From NCBI GenBank assembly GCA_023515725.1, contig JALDTO010000137.1, positions 82,241 through 146,240 on the forward strand: a stretch of 64,000 nucleotides of DNA, read 5' to 3'. This DNA comes from Amoeboaphelidium protococcarum X5. Lineage: Eukaryota > Fungi > Aphelidiomycota. Both the position numbers and the translations under genes were made by a program. Below are positions 13,791 to 26,338 of the stretch, piece after piece. Position 1 is the stretch's first letter. Each line of letters starts with the position of its first letter. The notes under the pieces are model-generated. The model saw only the letters and a list, made by a program, of their open reading frames with translations, was not told where the DNA came from and made no database searches.

Positions 13791-14679
13791 ATGTCGAGCA
13801 GTTATACAGACAAGGCGGGACTTATCTCGAATGCCGGTCCTATGCCGCAGTCTCAGACAGTGGTTGATATTGGTGGAAGTGGTGGTGGAAGTCCAGTTCA
13901 AGGTAAAATGACTTCTAGCGGTCAGTCACAATCAATGTCAGGTGGTGGAATTGAGTAATAGCAATAACAAGATGAGAACGCATTAAGACAGATTTTCAAA
14001 GCTAGCAGGTAATTTAAATGTTATTCTGCGACTTACTTATACCCTTGATATTTTTACTATAGTTCTATATCTATGTAGTCATCCGAGGATGTTATTTTTC
14101 CATCTGTTGTTTAGAAGTGTCGCCATACTGGTCTATGTGTTGGCATCGTTCATCTTTACAGATTCGTTCATCCTGGCCTTTATCACAATAACTATCCTCT
14201 TGTCTTTTGACTTTTGGACTGTCAAGAATTTGAGTGGAAGATTCTTGGTGGGCCTTCGATGGTGGAATGATAGCGAGGTGTCTTCTGCAGTTGAATCTTC
14301 TGGTTCATAATAAGCACCTGGCGTGTAATAGAATGATAAGGGACGCTGGGTATTTGAGTCCAGACCACCTAGCCATCCATAGAACAAGACTGATGCGCGG
14401 GTATTCTGGTGGTCTTTGTACATTACCCAGGTGGCATGGATAGTATTTTTGATCGTTTCGATTATAAAGTTGAATTTCACCTGGCTATTGCTGGTTATGT
14501 TGGCTCTCTCACTCAATACTGCCAACCTGGTCGGCTATAGTAGATGTGAGAAGGATAGGAAGCAGAGATATAAGAACAATAACTTTTTCTCTGTCAACAC
14601 TGGACTACTGGGTGATATGATGATGGGTGGTGGAAGTGGTGGTCAGTTTGGCATGATGGCCAAGATGTTTGGGCGTTGA
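13791..14679 (+). CDS. TVP23: Golgi apparatus membrane protein TVP23 (FAM18); intron 14009-14078
   Basis: HPRMLFFHLLFR, DFWTVKNLSGRFLVGLRWWN, RWVFES, ANLVGYSRC. Confidence 0.93.
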
Positions 14680-14851
14680 ATTGTTCGTTATTCATTAGCG
14701 GATTTTATGAATTACATTTCTACTACCTACCACTTTAATGAAATGTTGTTTAAATATACCGGTTCAATTGATCGTTCGTATTGACACTGTTGCAATTTTG
14801 ACTGAATGTTATTATAAAGTTCAAGGCTTTATTTAGTTTATCTACTTATGA

Positions 14852-16003
14852 TCATTAGTCAAGATCTTGTTTGAAAGCAGATATAAGCTGAGGGAGCGAT
14901 ACGATATTAGGATTCCAGTCCCAAATTTGGCGTGCTCTACTATCATCCAGCGATCGTGGCCACTTGGCGGCAATTCCATCTCGGATCCTGTCACAACCAT
15001 ATTAGACAGATGGACAATCATTGGATAATTTTAGATCCTTTTAAATAGCCTTCATTAACTGCTGCGGCGTAAATGACAGCCCAGTAATGTTATACACTGG
15101 ATCGTGATTCTACAGTTGAGAGTAATCAGTTTCCATAATTTTTTAAATCCCATCCAGACAATCATCAATGTACATCATTGGCAATTCAGCATCTTTACTA
15201 AGCGGACAATCGTAGTTAACATCACGTAGCGATTTAACTGAACCATCTCCGCCATAGCACAAGTTGAGCATGTCGATTGCATAATCAGTGGTTCCATTTC
15301 CAGCTAGACCAACTGAAGAACCTCGTTCCATAGGAGCACTGATGATCCCAGGTAGTCGCACACTCCTAAAATCCATACCAAACTTGTCTCTGTAATAGCG
15401 ACCCAACTGTTCCATGTAGACTTTGCTTATACCGTAAATAGTGTCAGGCTGCTATAGTGCCGCATCAGCCACCCGATGAGCGAGACCTTGTACAACATCT
15501 TAAGCAGAGAACGCGTATACTCCAATGGTGGATGGGCAAAACACTCGCTAGACGCCGTGCCTGACGGAGACATCAAAAACATTCTTCACGCCATCCAGAT
15601 TGAGTTTCAATGCAGAATGGATGTCAAGTTCAGCTTTGTACGACAGGTAGGCAGATAGATGTATAATCCAGTCTATCCTCTAGTCTACCACGACGCGATC
15701 CAAGTCTTGCGCGTCAAGAACGTTCAAGTATGAGAAATTTTAGAATATTCCAGATGCAGATAATGTCGGCGGTTTCCGGATATCAGTTGGCAACACGAAC
15801 TAGTATTTACTTTTCAATCGTCTCGTAAAGCCAACACCCAGCTGACCGAGAGCACCAGTAATGAGAATGCGTGGAGATTAAACCATTGGATGAGATGAAT
15901 GCAATAATCTTAGTACGGTGTCAGGAAGTTATACTTGAGGACAAAATGCGCAGTAGTTTTAAGGATAGATTGCGGAGTATAAAAAAGCGTGAGAATTTAC
16001 CAT
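14852..16003 (-). CDS. TDH: L-threonine 3-dehydrogenase, SDR-type (start 16003 or 15886)
   Basis: RILITGALGQLG, FCPSTIG, DTIYGISKVYMEQLGRYY, DFRSVRLPGII, GTTDYAI, LPMMYIDDC, WPRSLDDS. Confidence 0.88.
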
Positions 16004-16281
16004 AGAATTTCGCGCGATTACTGATCATCTCCTGTCTCACATCTTGTCTCGATTGAAATAAGTTACGCGATTGCCATAGTACGTTAAAATAAAATTATTA
16101 TTAAAACTAAGAGATTTACAGGGACTATAAACTAATCTTGGGGTGAATGATGGCGCCGGGACTAGTTTTAACGCGTGCGCTCTGTAAAAACAATATAAGC
16201 ACTGTATCATTTCATTTATAAGAGATTTTATATTTCAGTTACAAATATTTCATTAATTCACAGCTAATATCCCATTTAAAA

Positions 16282-17301
16282 TCAAAATGTCATTTGTTGA
16301 GCGTCATACTGCTTGTCTTTACCGACGCGACTTTCCACATACTCAATGGCGCCGACAGTCATTTCCCACGGGCGGAGAAACGATCTTAGGACAGAGTAGG
16401 CTTCATTTGCAGAATTTCTACTAATAAATCTCGGTTCAGGCTACGACATTAGCGGTTCAGGATTGATCATTGCACGCCAAATACGACGATTGTGTTCATC
16501 AACGCGATTAAACAATGCATCCAAGTGACCTTGAACCAGCTGAATCTTCTCCCTCACTAGATCTTCATTCAAACTCTCAGGCAAATGACGACGCAGATCT
16601 GGAGACACTACAGCGATATCAGAGCCACTTTACAACGATTTTTTCAATGTGCTCAGAGTGCGAAATTTGATCAATGCTAATGCGAGAACCATCTCAATCT
16701 GAGCGTATTTATGAACAAATTCACTGGGCAATTCGTCCACAAAGTTGTGATCCTTATAATGCAGATAAGGAAGCTCCATATTGCCCCAGTCGTAGTGATC
16801 ATCTGGGTAGCACGTATACCACTTGATAAAGTCATAGCACTTCTACTCCGTGCCAAGCATGAGAAAGATGGCAGGCAGTATTTGACGTACACCAATGTTA
16901 TCACCACGGCACAGTCTCAGCATCTCCATGAAATACTCCTCAGCCTTCTTCAATGTATCAGCAGTGCCAATACCTTCCAGGAAATGCATAGCGACTTGAT
17001 GTTTAGCGCGCATGAACGGGCGAGTCTCCATAAAGCCCCAGAATTTTCCAATAAACTACTCATCCCAATAATTGCATGGCGTTCCAAGAAAGTCATCGCT
17101 ATGACGCAGCTTACCGGACTCAACAGCTTCCTTCTTTAGCAGGCGCGTCAGCTAGTTACAGTTTGCGCGATGCTCCGATTCCCAGTCTTGCTTCTGATGC
17201 TCAATACCACAGTAGAATACTAGCTTACACCTGCCACATGCACGCAGCGTTGGCTCTGAGCTCTTACAAATATTACATTAACGTGTCAAATGAGTGTTCA
17301 T
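16282..17301 (-). CDS. MYND zinc-finger protein, copy A (339 aa)
   Basis: CNIC..CGRCKLVFYCGIEHQKQDW..HRANC, then MLRLCRGDNIGVR, CYDFIKW, YDWGNMELPYL, a pattern known from fungal MYND-domain proteins. Confidence 0.88.
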
Positions 17302-17510
17302 CTTTGCGAAGATTTCAGGGTTAGAGGATGCCTATACTATACTCTGTGCAAAGTGGAATAACGTTAAAAAGAAAATGAAACAGGCCGCGACGATTTCAAC
17401 CAAACGCCACGTCAAGGCATCATAGAGCCGTTCAGAAATACGGTACCTAGGTGGTATAAACGTCACGTAATTAGCATCATCATTTTACACACTAAAAATC
17501 CAAATTATAT

Positions 17511-18530
17511 TCAAAACTACTAAATCTCTGCGTCATACCGCGTGTCTTCTCTTAGACGAGTTTCAAGATACTCAATGGCGCCTTCTGTCCACTCCCATGG
17601 ACGAAGAAACGATTTCACTATGGCGTAGGCTTCATTCGCAGTATTCTAAACTATCAACTCTGGCTCTTGTTAATTTATAAGCGGTCCTGGTTCTAGAATC
17701 GCGCGCCAAATGCGACGATTATGCTTGTCTATACGCTCAAACAGTATGTCAAAGTGCTTTTGTACAAGCAGAACCTTCTCTGTCAACACCTTCTCATTCA
17801 AATCTGCTGGCAAATGACGTAATAATACTTGAGGTAAACGAGATAAATCGCATTCCGAATTTAAAGCATCCTTCAATGAGCGTAAAGCACGAAATTTAAT
17901 TAACGCCAACGCCAAAACCATCTCAACATTGATGTACTCAGATATAAACTCTTCAGGTAATTCGTCCAAGAAATTGTGCTGCTCATAATTTAAAAATGGA
18001 AGATCCATATTGCCCCAGTCGTATCCATTAACTGGATAACACTGAAACCACTTTATAAAATCGTAACACTCCTGCTCTTTGCCAAGCATAAGATATACAG
18101 CAGGCAAAATCAAACGTACTCCAACATTGTCACTTCTGCAAAGACGTAACATCTCCAGGAAATACTCTTCCATCTTCTGGTAGGCATCAACACTACGCAT
18201 CTTCTCCATGAAATGAATGGCCACATTGTACTTGGCGCACATGAAATTACGGGTTTCAGTCAACTCCCAAAAACTTCCAGCATATTTCTCATCCCAGAAA
18301 TTCACAATTTTACCTGGCCACACTTCCATATGTCTCAATTTATCAGCTTCCACAGCTTCCTTCTTCAGCAAACGCTTCATTTTATTGCAATCAGCACCAT
18401 GACCCCACTCAATGGCGTTTTATTCACACTCAGCGTTGCAGTAAAATACCAACTTACATTTTTTACAAGCATACAAAGGTACCCCGAAATCATTGCACAT
18501 ATGACAATGTCGATTAAAAGGGATGTTCAT
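17511..18530 (-). CDS. MYND zinc-finger protein, copy B (339 aa)
   Basis: CHMC..CKKCKLVFYCNAEC..HGADC, MLRLCRSDNVGVR, YDWGNMDLPFLN. Same length as copy A, tandem paralogue. Confidence 0.88.
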
Positions 18531-18933
18531 ATCTGATCTAAAAAGGGAGTTATGAGTGACAATTGGCTTGTGATACTGTACTGTTGAAACAATAGCAACA
18601 ATGGAAATGCATACAGTAAGCTAAAACGAGTGAAACCGAATGAGAGCGAGGAACATCGCGTCGGACACAGATCTGAACAGTTTCATTACGAATGCATTTA
18701 AAGCACGCCAAGAAACTTCATTAATTGCTAATGAGGAGATTCAAGATTATATCATTGCAGATAAGTCTTAAATAAATATATGGGAAATAGAAATAAGTCT
18801 TGAGTGAACAAATTGTGAGATATAATTCTTCACGTAGCTAATTTCGATCAGATGTATCATACATCGGAAGCACAATCACACATGGGCACGACGTATCAAC
18901 TAATGGAGTCCACAGAGCTCAAAGCTTAGATAG

Positions 18934-20324
18934 TCATGCGGAAGCCAGAGACTTCTCACTGGTGATCTTCTTGGCCAGCTTGTTGTGAATCAAATCGATA
19001 AACTCAAAAGTCTCCACATAATCAGATTCCTTCATCTTGGCACCATGAATAGCCAAAGCCAAATCTTTAGTCATCTTACGGTCCTTGCCGATTAATTCCA
19101 CACAAGACTCTTCCAACAAATCACACCACTTCTTCAGTCTAGCTGACTCGGCACCATCAGTCTCAGCATCCAACTTGGCACGATGCATCAGGCCACGAGT
19201 CCATGCAAATATTGACGCGACAGAATTCGTGCTCGTCTTGCCTCCCTTCTACCACACTCTGTAGTGACGCGTCACTGTGCCGTGAGCAGCCTCACTTTCA
19301 ACAGTCTTTCCATCTGGTGACATTAGAACGGAAGTCATCAATCCCAGAGAACCATAGCCTTATGCAACGGTATCAGACTGAACATCTCCGTCATAATTCT
19401 TACATGCCCAAACGTAGCCACCATCAGACTTGATACAATACGCAACCATGTCGTCAATGAGACGATGTTCATACCACAATTTACGGGATTCAAACTCCTT
19501 CTTGTACTGAGTGTCATACAAACGCTAGAAAGTGTCCTTAAAAAGACCATCATAAGTTTTCAAAATGGTATTCTTTGTGCTCAAGTACAGGGGCATATTC
19601 TTCTACAAGGCCATCTTGAAAGAAGCATGGGCGAATCCCTCAATAGATGGCAGACTGTTGTACATGGACATGGCAACACCAGGCTCGGTAAACTTGTACA
19701 CAGTCTCCTCCTTAACCGAGCCATCCTTATCAGAAGTGAATACCAATTTGAGGGTTCCAGGCTCATTCACACGCATCTCAGTGGCACGATACTAGTCACC
19801 AAATGCGTGTCTTCCAATAACAATAGGCTTATTCCATTGAGGAACCAGACGCGGAATACCGTCAATCAGAATAGGCTCTCTGAACACAGTACCATTCAAA
19901 ATATTACGAATAGTACCATTAGGACTCTTCCACATCTTCTTCAATTTGAATTCCTCAACTCTGGCTTCGTCAGGCGTGATAGTTGCACATTTGATTCCCA
20001 CATTACACTTTCTGATAGCCTCTGCAGCATCTACAGTAACCTTGTCATCAGTGGAATCTCTATGCTCCATGCCCAAATCAAAGTACAATAATCCATCGTT
20101 CTTCTCATTGCCAAACTACAGAAATGGAAGCACAAGCTTGTCCTTGATAGCCTTCCAGATGACCCTTGTCATCTCATCGCCATCCATCTCCACCACCGGA
20201 TTACGAACCTGTATTTTTTTAACTACAGACAGAAAATATAGAAATTACGACATTCATATTAAAATATAGTTAGAGCAATATCTTAAAAGTTGATCTTACA
20301 ATTTTTTAGCATCTCTTCAGTCAT
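18934..20324 (-). CDS. IDH1: NADP-dependent isocitrate dehydrogenase; intron 20223-20299
   Basis: [40 protein letters not shown](TAG)-[17 protein letters not shown]. Confidence 0.97.
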
Positions 20325-20970
20325 TTCTTATGTGATGGTGATAAAACTATCAAAATTTAAAATCGCTTCAAAATTATGAAATTGTTACAAAACGTTGATT
20401 AAATTGAATAAAGAAATAATAGTTACACTCCTTAGAATGAAATGAATGAACGAGTTAAAGACTGGAATACTCAATAAGAGCCTGGCATTAAACGCGGTAG
20501 AGGAACGCGCGTGTATTGGTTGACTCACGTCTGGTCTGTTTCACCCCGCTAAGAGTATTAACGCTCCTTTTACTGTACTGTTTTCATAATGGAAGGTGAT
20601 GCTTAAAATGTTTTATTCTTTTCTTTTCATTTGGAGAGCCTTTACTTTAAAACAAGAGATGTAAAACTATAGTACAGAATTGTGCGTTAAGGAGAGATTT
20701 AAACAATAGATTAAAAGATAAAGTTAAGGAGAGTATGTGCGCTGTACAGAATAGTTCAGAAATAATGACGTGATCAAATGGTATGAAACGCCTCGTCTGA
20801 AAATAGAATGGGGGCGTACGCGGTGAAAGCGTGAAAAGTGTGGCTGACCGACTAACACTAGCAGTAAAAGCTTATCGCGATTGAGAGATTGCCGAAAGTC
20901 AACCGACGCGCGCTCAAATTTGAAAAAATCAACAAAAGCCTCCTCCCCGATGCAATGACGCGCCATACTA

Positions 20971-20976
20971 AGAGAT

Positions 20977-21008
<32 letters not shown>
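20971..21008 (+). repeat. (GA)n microsatellite in the divergent IDH/SAM-synthetase intergenic region
   Basis: agagatagagagagagagagaaagagagagagagagag, about 90 nt upstream of the MAT ATG. Confidence 0.9.
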
Positions 21009-21097
21009 CAATAAAATTTTGAAAGAAAGCCTCCCGCCACGCGCTCTCATTTTCTTCTTCTCTTTAAGAGCTCAACACGACTCACATTTAAAAACTT

Positions 21098-22403
21098 ATG
21101 CCTGCTGCCGTATAGCAATAATAGTAGAATCTGCCAATGACCCAAGAGAATAACGACACGTTCCTGTTCACTTCTGAATCTGTCGGTGAGGGCCATCCAG
21201 GTAATATTTACATATTGTTTTTAGCTTTTTCGTTGCTCACCATCTCATAATTATTACTCGTTTATTTGAACTTATGTAGATAAGATTTGTGACCAAGTGT
21301 CTGACGCCATCTTGGATGCATGCCTGAAGCAGGATCCTCTCTCTAAGGTTGCTTGTGAAACCTGTACCAAGACTGGTATGGTCATGGTCCTCGGTGAAAT
21401 TACCACCAAGGCATCTTTGGACTACCAGAAGATTATCCGTGGTGTGATCAGAGACATTGGTTATGACAACTCTGACAAGGGATTCGATTACAAGACCTGT
21501 AATGTGCTGGTTGCCATTGAGCAGCAGTCTCCTGACATTGCTCAAGGTCTGGTGCAAACCTCTACTGCAGTTGAGGACATTGGTGCCGGTGATCAGGGTA
21601 TCATGTTTGGTTATGCTACTGACGAGACTCCTGAGCTTATGCCAGCCACCGTCACCATGGCTCACCGTCTGAACCAGAAGATGACCGAGCTGCGTAAGAA
21701 TGGCACTCTTGGCTGGCTGCGTCCTGATAGTAAGACCCAGGTCACCATTGAGTACCGTAATGAGAATGGTGCCATGGTCCCTCTGCGTGTCCACACCGTT
21801 GTCATCTCTACTCAGCACGCGCCAGAGATTGACAATGACTCCATGAAGAAGGCTCTGAAGGAGTAGGTGATCAAGGCTGTTGTGCCTGCCAACATGCTGG
21901 ATGAGCGCACCATCTACCACTTGCAGCCTTCCGGAAGATTTGTTATTGGTGGTCCTCAGGGTGATGCTGGTCTGACTGGTCGTAAGATCATTGTTGACAC
22001 GTACGGTGGTTGGGGCTGTCATGGTGGTGGAGCTTTCAGTGGAAAGGATTTCAGTAAGGTGGATCGTTCTGCTGCATACGCTGCCCGCTGGGTTGCCAAG
22101 TCACTGGTGAGCGCCAAGTTGGCTCGCCGTTGTCTGGTTCAGCTAAGTTATGCTATTGGTGTCTCTCACCCACTGAGTATTTTTGTCGATACCTATGGCA
22201 CTTCTGCCACCAACCCAAAGACTGGAAAGACTTACACCAATGGTGAGCTGTTGCAGATTATTTAGAACAATTTTGATTTGCGTCCTGGTTTCATCGTTCG
22301 TGATCTGGACTTGACCAAGCCTGTCTATTAGAAGACTGCCAGCTATGGTCATTTTGGTAGAACTGATTTTACTTGGGAACAGCCAAAGCCATTGAAGCTG
22401 TGA
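21098..22403 (+). CDS. MAT: S-adenosylmethionine synthetase; intron 21201-21279
   Basis: [13 protein letters not shown]|[45 protein letters not shown]. The N-terminal poly-Q is encoded TAG CAA TAA TAG TAG. Confidence 0.98.
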
Positions 22404-22573
22404 GTCTCTGGACTTGATGTCGCCTTAATATTTATTGATCAACTGATATTTGAACGTATAATACAGTACGTCTCTCATTTATTATTGTCTCCTTTGTTAC
22501 ACTCTTAAATGTCTTACTATAAAATTATAATCAAGAGAGTTAAAATCATTAAAAACAGATACGAATTAAAAGT

Positions 22574-25507
22574 TCAATTTAAAGTCTATTAGGATCCCCC
22601 TTGATCATTCATTATTCGTAATAACAGACGAGGATAATACGTGTTAACCCAGTCAATCAACTTGAAATCAGCTATACTTTGGAGTAGAGGATACACCTTA
22701 TCAAAATCCACTTTGGGTGACGATAAAAATTTCTTGAACTATTGCATTTGCTTAATGACATCATCATCCTAATACAGTGTTGCATCAAATATCCATCGAG
22801 CGTACGGGAACTAGCTCTTATAATCCTTACTACCATATGAAGCGGGAAGCAGTTCACTGAGCATATATGAGTCGCCAGCATGGCCAAAATCAACTTTACG
22901 AGCATCAAAAATTCTTTAGTTAAATACCAACGAAGCCATCAGTTTAAGGTCAGGTAACATAATCTTGCGCGGATGTTTACTAGCCAGAGGAAACTCTATA
23001 AATCGTTTACTGTCATTAATCAACTCTCCAACACCAGCGTATGGACGCCTATTAACATTGCTGTTAGATTGAGCCTACGACTGGATGGGCAAAGACTTCT
23101 TGATGAATCCAACAGAATTAGCCAACACAGTGGCCAAATAAATCTCATCAACAATGAAGCCAAACTCCATGAATGCCGCAACATATGACGCGGTAGGACT
23201 ATATTGTAAATGACGCACCACATCACGTCCAAGAACCACCCATTAGTGATGTTTGTACAGAGACCAATGAGAATACGGGAATGCTATCCGCTAAGAACCA
23301 GGAGATACTGGAATCTACAAAACTTGAGCCATAGTGTCAACAACATTCTGTGGTAGACCCTTCGACTGTACATTGTTGGTAATGATCCTTTCATTCTCTG
23401 TCACATCTTCAACATCCGAAATCGCCGTTTTCATATTATAGTGGACGACGGTAGATTAAGGTGCTAGCATAGGAGCATCATATACGCGAGCAATTGCATC
23501 AATTGAGCTCCAATAACCCATAAAACTGCACTGACGAATAGATTAGTTTCGAGCCAGACAGTCAGACATCAAGTCATCATAAATCACATCATTTGATCTT
23601 AACATCAAATCATTGGCACTCAGGTTAACAACATAATCCCATTCATAATCCATTTCAAGCAATTCAAAAAAGCCAGCTAGCTATGCAAACACCAGCGATG
23701 ATTATCCCCACATACCATAAAATGATCGCTTCATAACTTTAGTCTTTGCATAGAGTGATGGATTCTATGACATCTGTTGCTCAACATACTTTACAATCTA
23801 TCCTTTGAGAACGGGATTCTTGGCATCGACGTGTATGAGGATTACCGCGTGCTTATCGATTATAGATTCCAAAAGCTTGACAAAATTAGTAAAGCCTTTA
23901 TGCACCAACACGAAATAGGCCAATTTATGTGGTCGGTCAAAAGCTTTGATATCACGCTGACGAATCTTGTCCGCCACTTTCGACAATTGTTGCAAGGAGA
24001 ACTACTCCAACTTGAAAACCTTCTACTCATTTGTGGCTGCGGTCGCTGAGGAATGAGAGGATAACGAAGCCATAGGATCAAACTGTGACAGATCATCTCG
24101 TCTATATCGTTTACCAATTTGACCATTTCTAGCGGGCTACTACTATTACTAATCTTTATTTGTTGAAGTGCCAGAGGAAGTCGATGATGAAAGTGCAGCA
24201 TCAAACTTGGAATCTTGACGCTCATGAGAGATGAACAAATCTTCATCGGAGTAAACATCATTAACATACTTTTATCTCCAATCGAAAGCAAGAGCATCAG
24301 CTTCATATTAAACTAAATCCAAATTCAGAGGAGCATAATTAATTGAGCCATCAAAATACACCCGCGGATCGATGTACCGCATAAATTTCCTGTCACCGAC
24401 AATTAATGGGAAAGCCGATTTGATCTTCAAAGGATTGCTATCAGCATCGTTATACCGAAATTACTCAGACGCCACGTACTTCAAGTGAGGATTGTTACCA
24501 TCCGCTGCTTAAAAGCAGGCAAATCTCAAACTGGAATAAAAAGCATCATGCGAACTCTTCATAAAGGGACTTGAACGATCTGAAGCAGACTAATTCTGAT
24601 TGAGTTACTACTATGAGGAAATTCTTGTGAATGATGCTCGAATCTCCTATTCAGATAATCCATACTGACGCTGTAGAAGAGTTTAATACAGAGCAATTGC
24701 AGCGGTGTCTATAACTTAAACCGCTTTTTCAACGCCAAACTCTTTCAATGATGTAATTCCATTCATGTCAAATCCAATCCTGTCTGTAGTTTAATAACTT
24801 TCATCTTGAATAACTACAAGAGGACTCTATAAATCCACCAATGGACTGAACATCTTTTCAATCTTCTTATTCAACTTTAAACGGAATAGCAACGGTGTAG
24901 ATCTAAGTTGATCCAAGATCTAATCAAAGTCTTTCTCTAATGGCGCCACTTAGTAAATAGCTTCCATAATAGACTTATATAGCGGAGCTTCAGCATCGAA
25001 TACAGCTCCATTCAAATGCTGACAGAATCTGAATCCATTCAATGGCACTAAAGTACTCTGATTCATCTCATTCTTCTAAGGCTCTTGATAAATAAAAGAT
25101 TCTTGTTTATTAGATGAAAACCACCATTACTTTGCGATAGAGAGGAGCGAAATCTAGCTAACAAAACTAAATACTCGACCTGGATACTCGCCAGATTGAG
25201 ACAGATTGGCACTTTTGAATTGTGAAATGTTGACATAATCCGCACTAGTCCAAGGTTCAGATTTACTATTGCTACTACTGTCGTCAACATCAGACGGACT
25301 CTCATAATAAACTCCACTATGATTCTCATCATTTAAGACAGCCGCAAGTTGAGGCATTTACGACGCGGCCACTTCAGAGTGCTAATCAGTAATAGACTTT
25401 GCACCTTCAACTCCAGCAGAAAGAGATCTAGAGGATACATCTATTGAAAGAAGGCACAACACTAAGAGCAATTCCAGCGAAAGCCATTACCTTTATAACA
25501 TTCCCAT
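22574..25507 (-). CDS. Secretory-pathway glycosyltransferase family 14 (core-2/I-branching / xylosyltransferase-like), 977 aa
   Basis: N-terminal signal or anchor (WLSLELLLVLCLLSI). GT14 motifs KLAYFVLVHK, ILIHVDAK, WGQSSLV..QL.GFFELL..WDYVVNLSANDL. Confidence 0.8.
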
Positions 25508-26338
25508 TTCTGCTCACTCAAATCTAAAATACAATAAAAAGATCTTCGGTATATTTAGTCAGATCAATCTATTTATCTATCGGCACCTTGTTGATGAATG
25601 AATACTATCGGCAGATCAGATCAGCAGCAGTCACAGTGTATAAATAAACCCAATTGGTTCACTTAGTGGAATTAAGCGCAGATGGAATAGCGGTCAATAG
25701 CTGCTTATTAATTAAAGCAACAACTTGAATGCAGAGAAGAAATAACTAAAAAGAGGCACCTTCAGGGGCTTGGTGAATGAATATAATATTTCCTTGTGGG
25801 GCGAATAGCTATTTTGTTTCAGCGAGAAAATTTCACAAGGCGATCGATCTCACCTCCCATTGGCCGAGCCTGAAATTACTAATTAAGTTGGTTGCCAAGC
25901 AATTCATTCATCAATTCCCCTAGAGATTTAGTTTGGTGACTGATATGATGATGATCTATTGAATATAACACCTTGCTTTCTTGAATTTTATAAGCCAATT
26001 TTTGAGTGTTTAACAGGTTTTGAATGTTGGTGATCTCGCATTTGCCTTCATAAAAACTTTGTTGTGTCACACACACCATGTTCATGCGCGTTTATAGCTT
26101 TTGTTGACTGCGCTTTATCTCATAGTATTAAGATTAGCTATCATAATGCTTTCATACAATTATTAATCATCTTGGCGGACATACATACGGCAAAGAGTGT
26201 AATCATTTTTCACATGTTTTTTCCCAAGAGTCAACGTTATCGAACTCAACTTGTGCTTCAACCACCCAATAAGAACTGTTTCAGCGTTTTCGTCTCAAAG
26301 CTTTCGATTTCAACTTAAAAACATCCATAAGAGATAAT

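Noticed and set aside
19465-20091. 208-aa plus-strand ORF
   Set aside because: Antisense to IDH, with no independent motif.
21237-22022. 261-aa minus-strand ORF
   Set aside because: Antisense shadow of SAM synthetase caused by codon bias.
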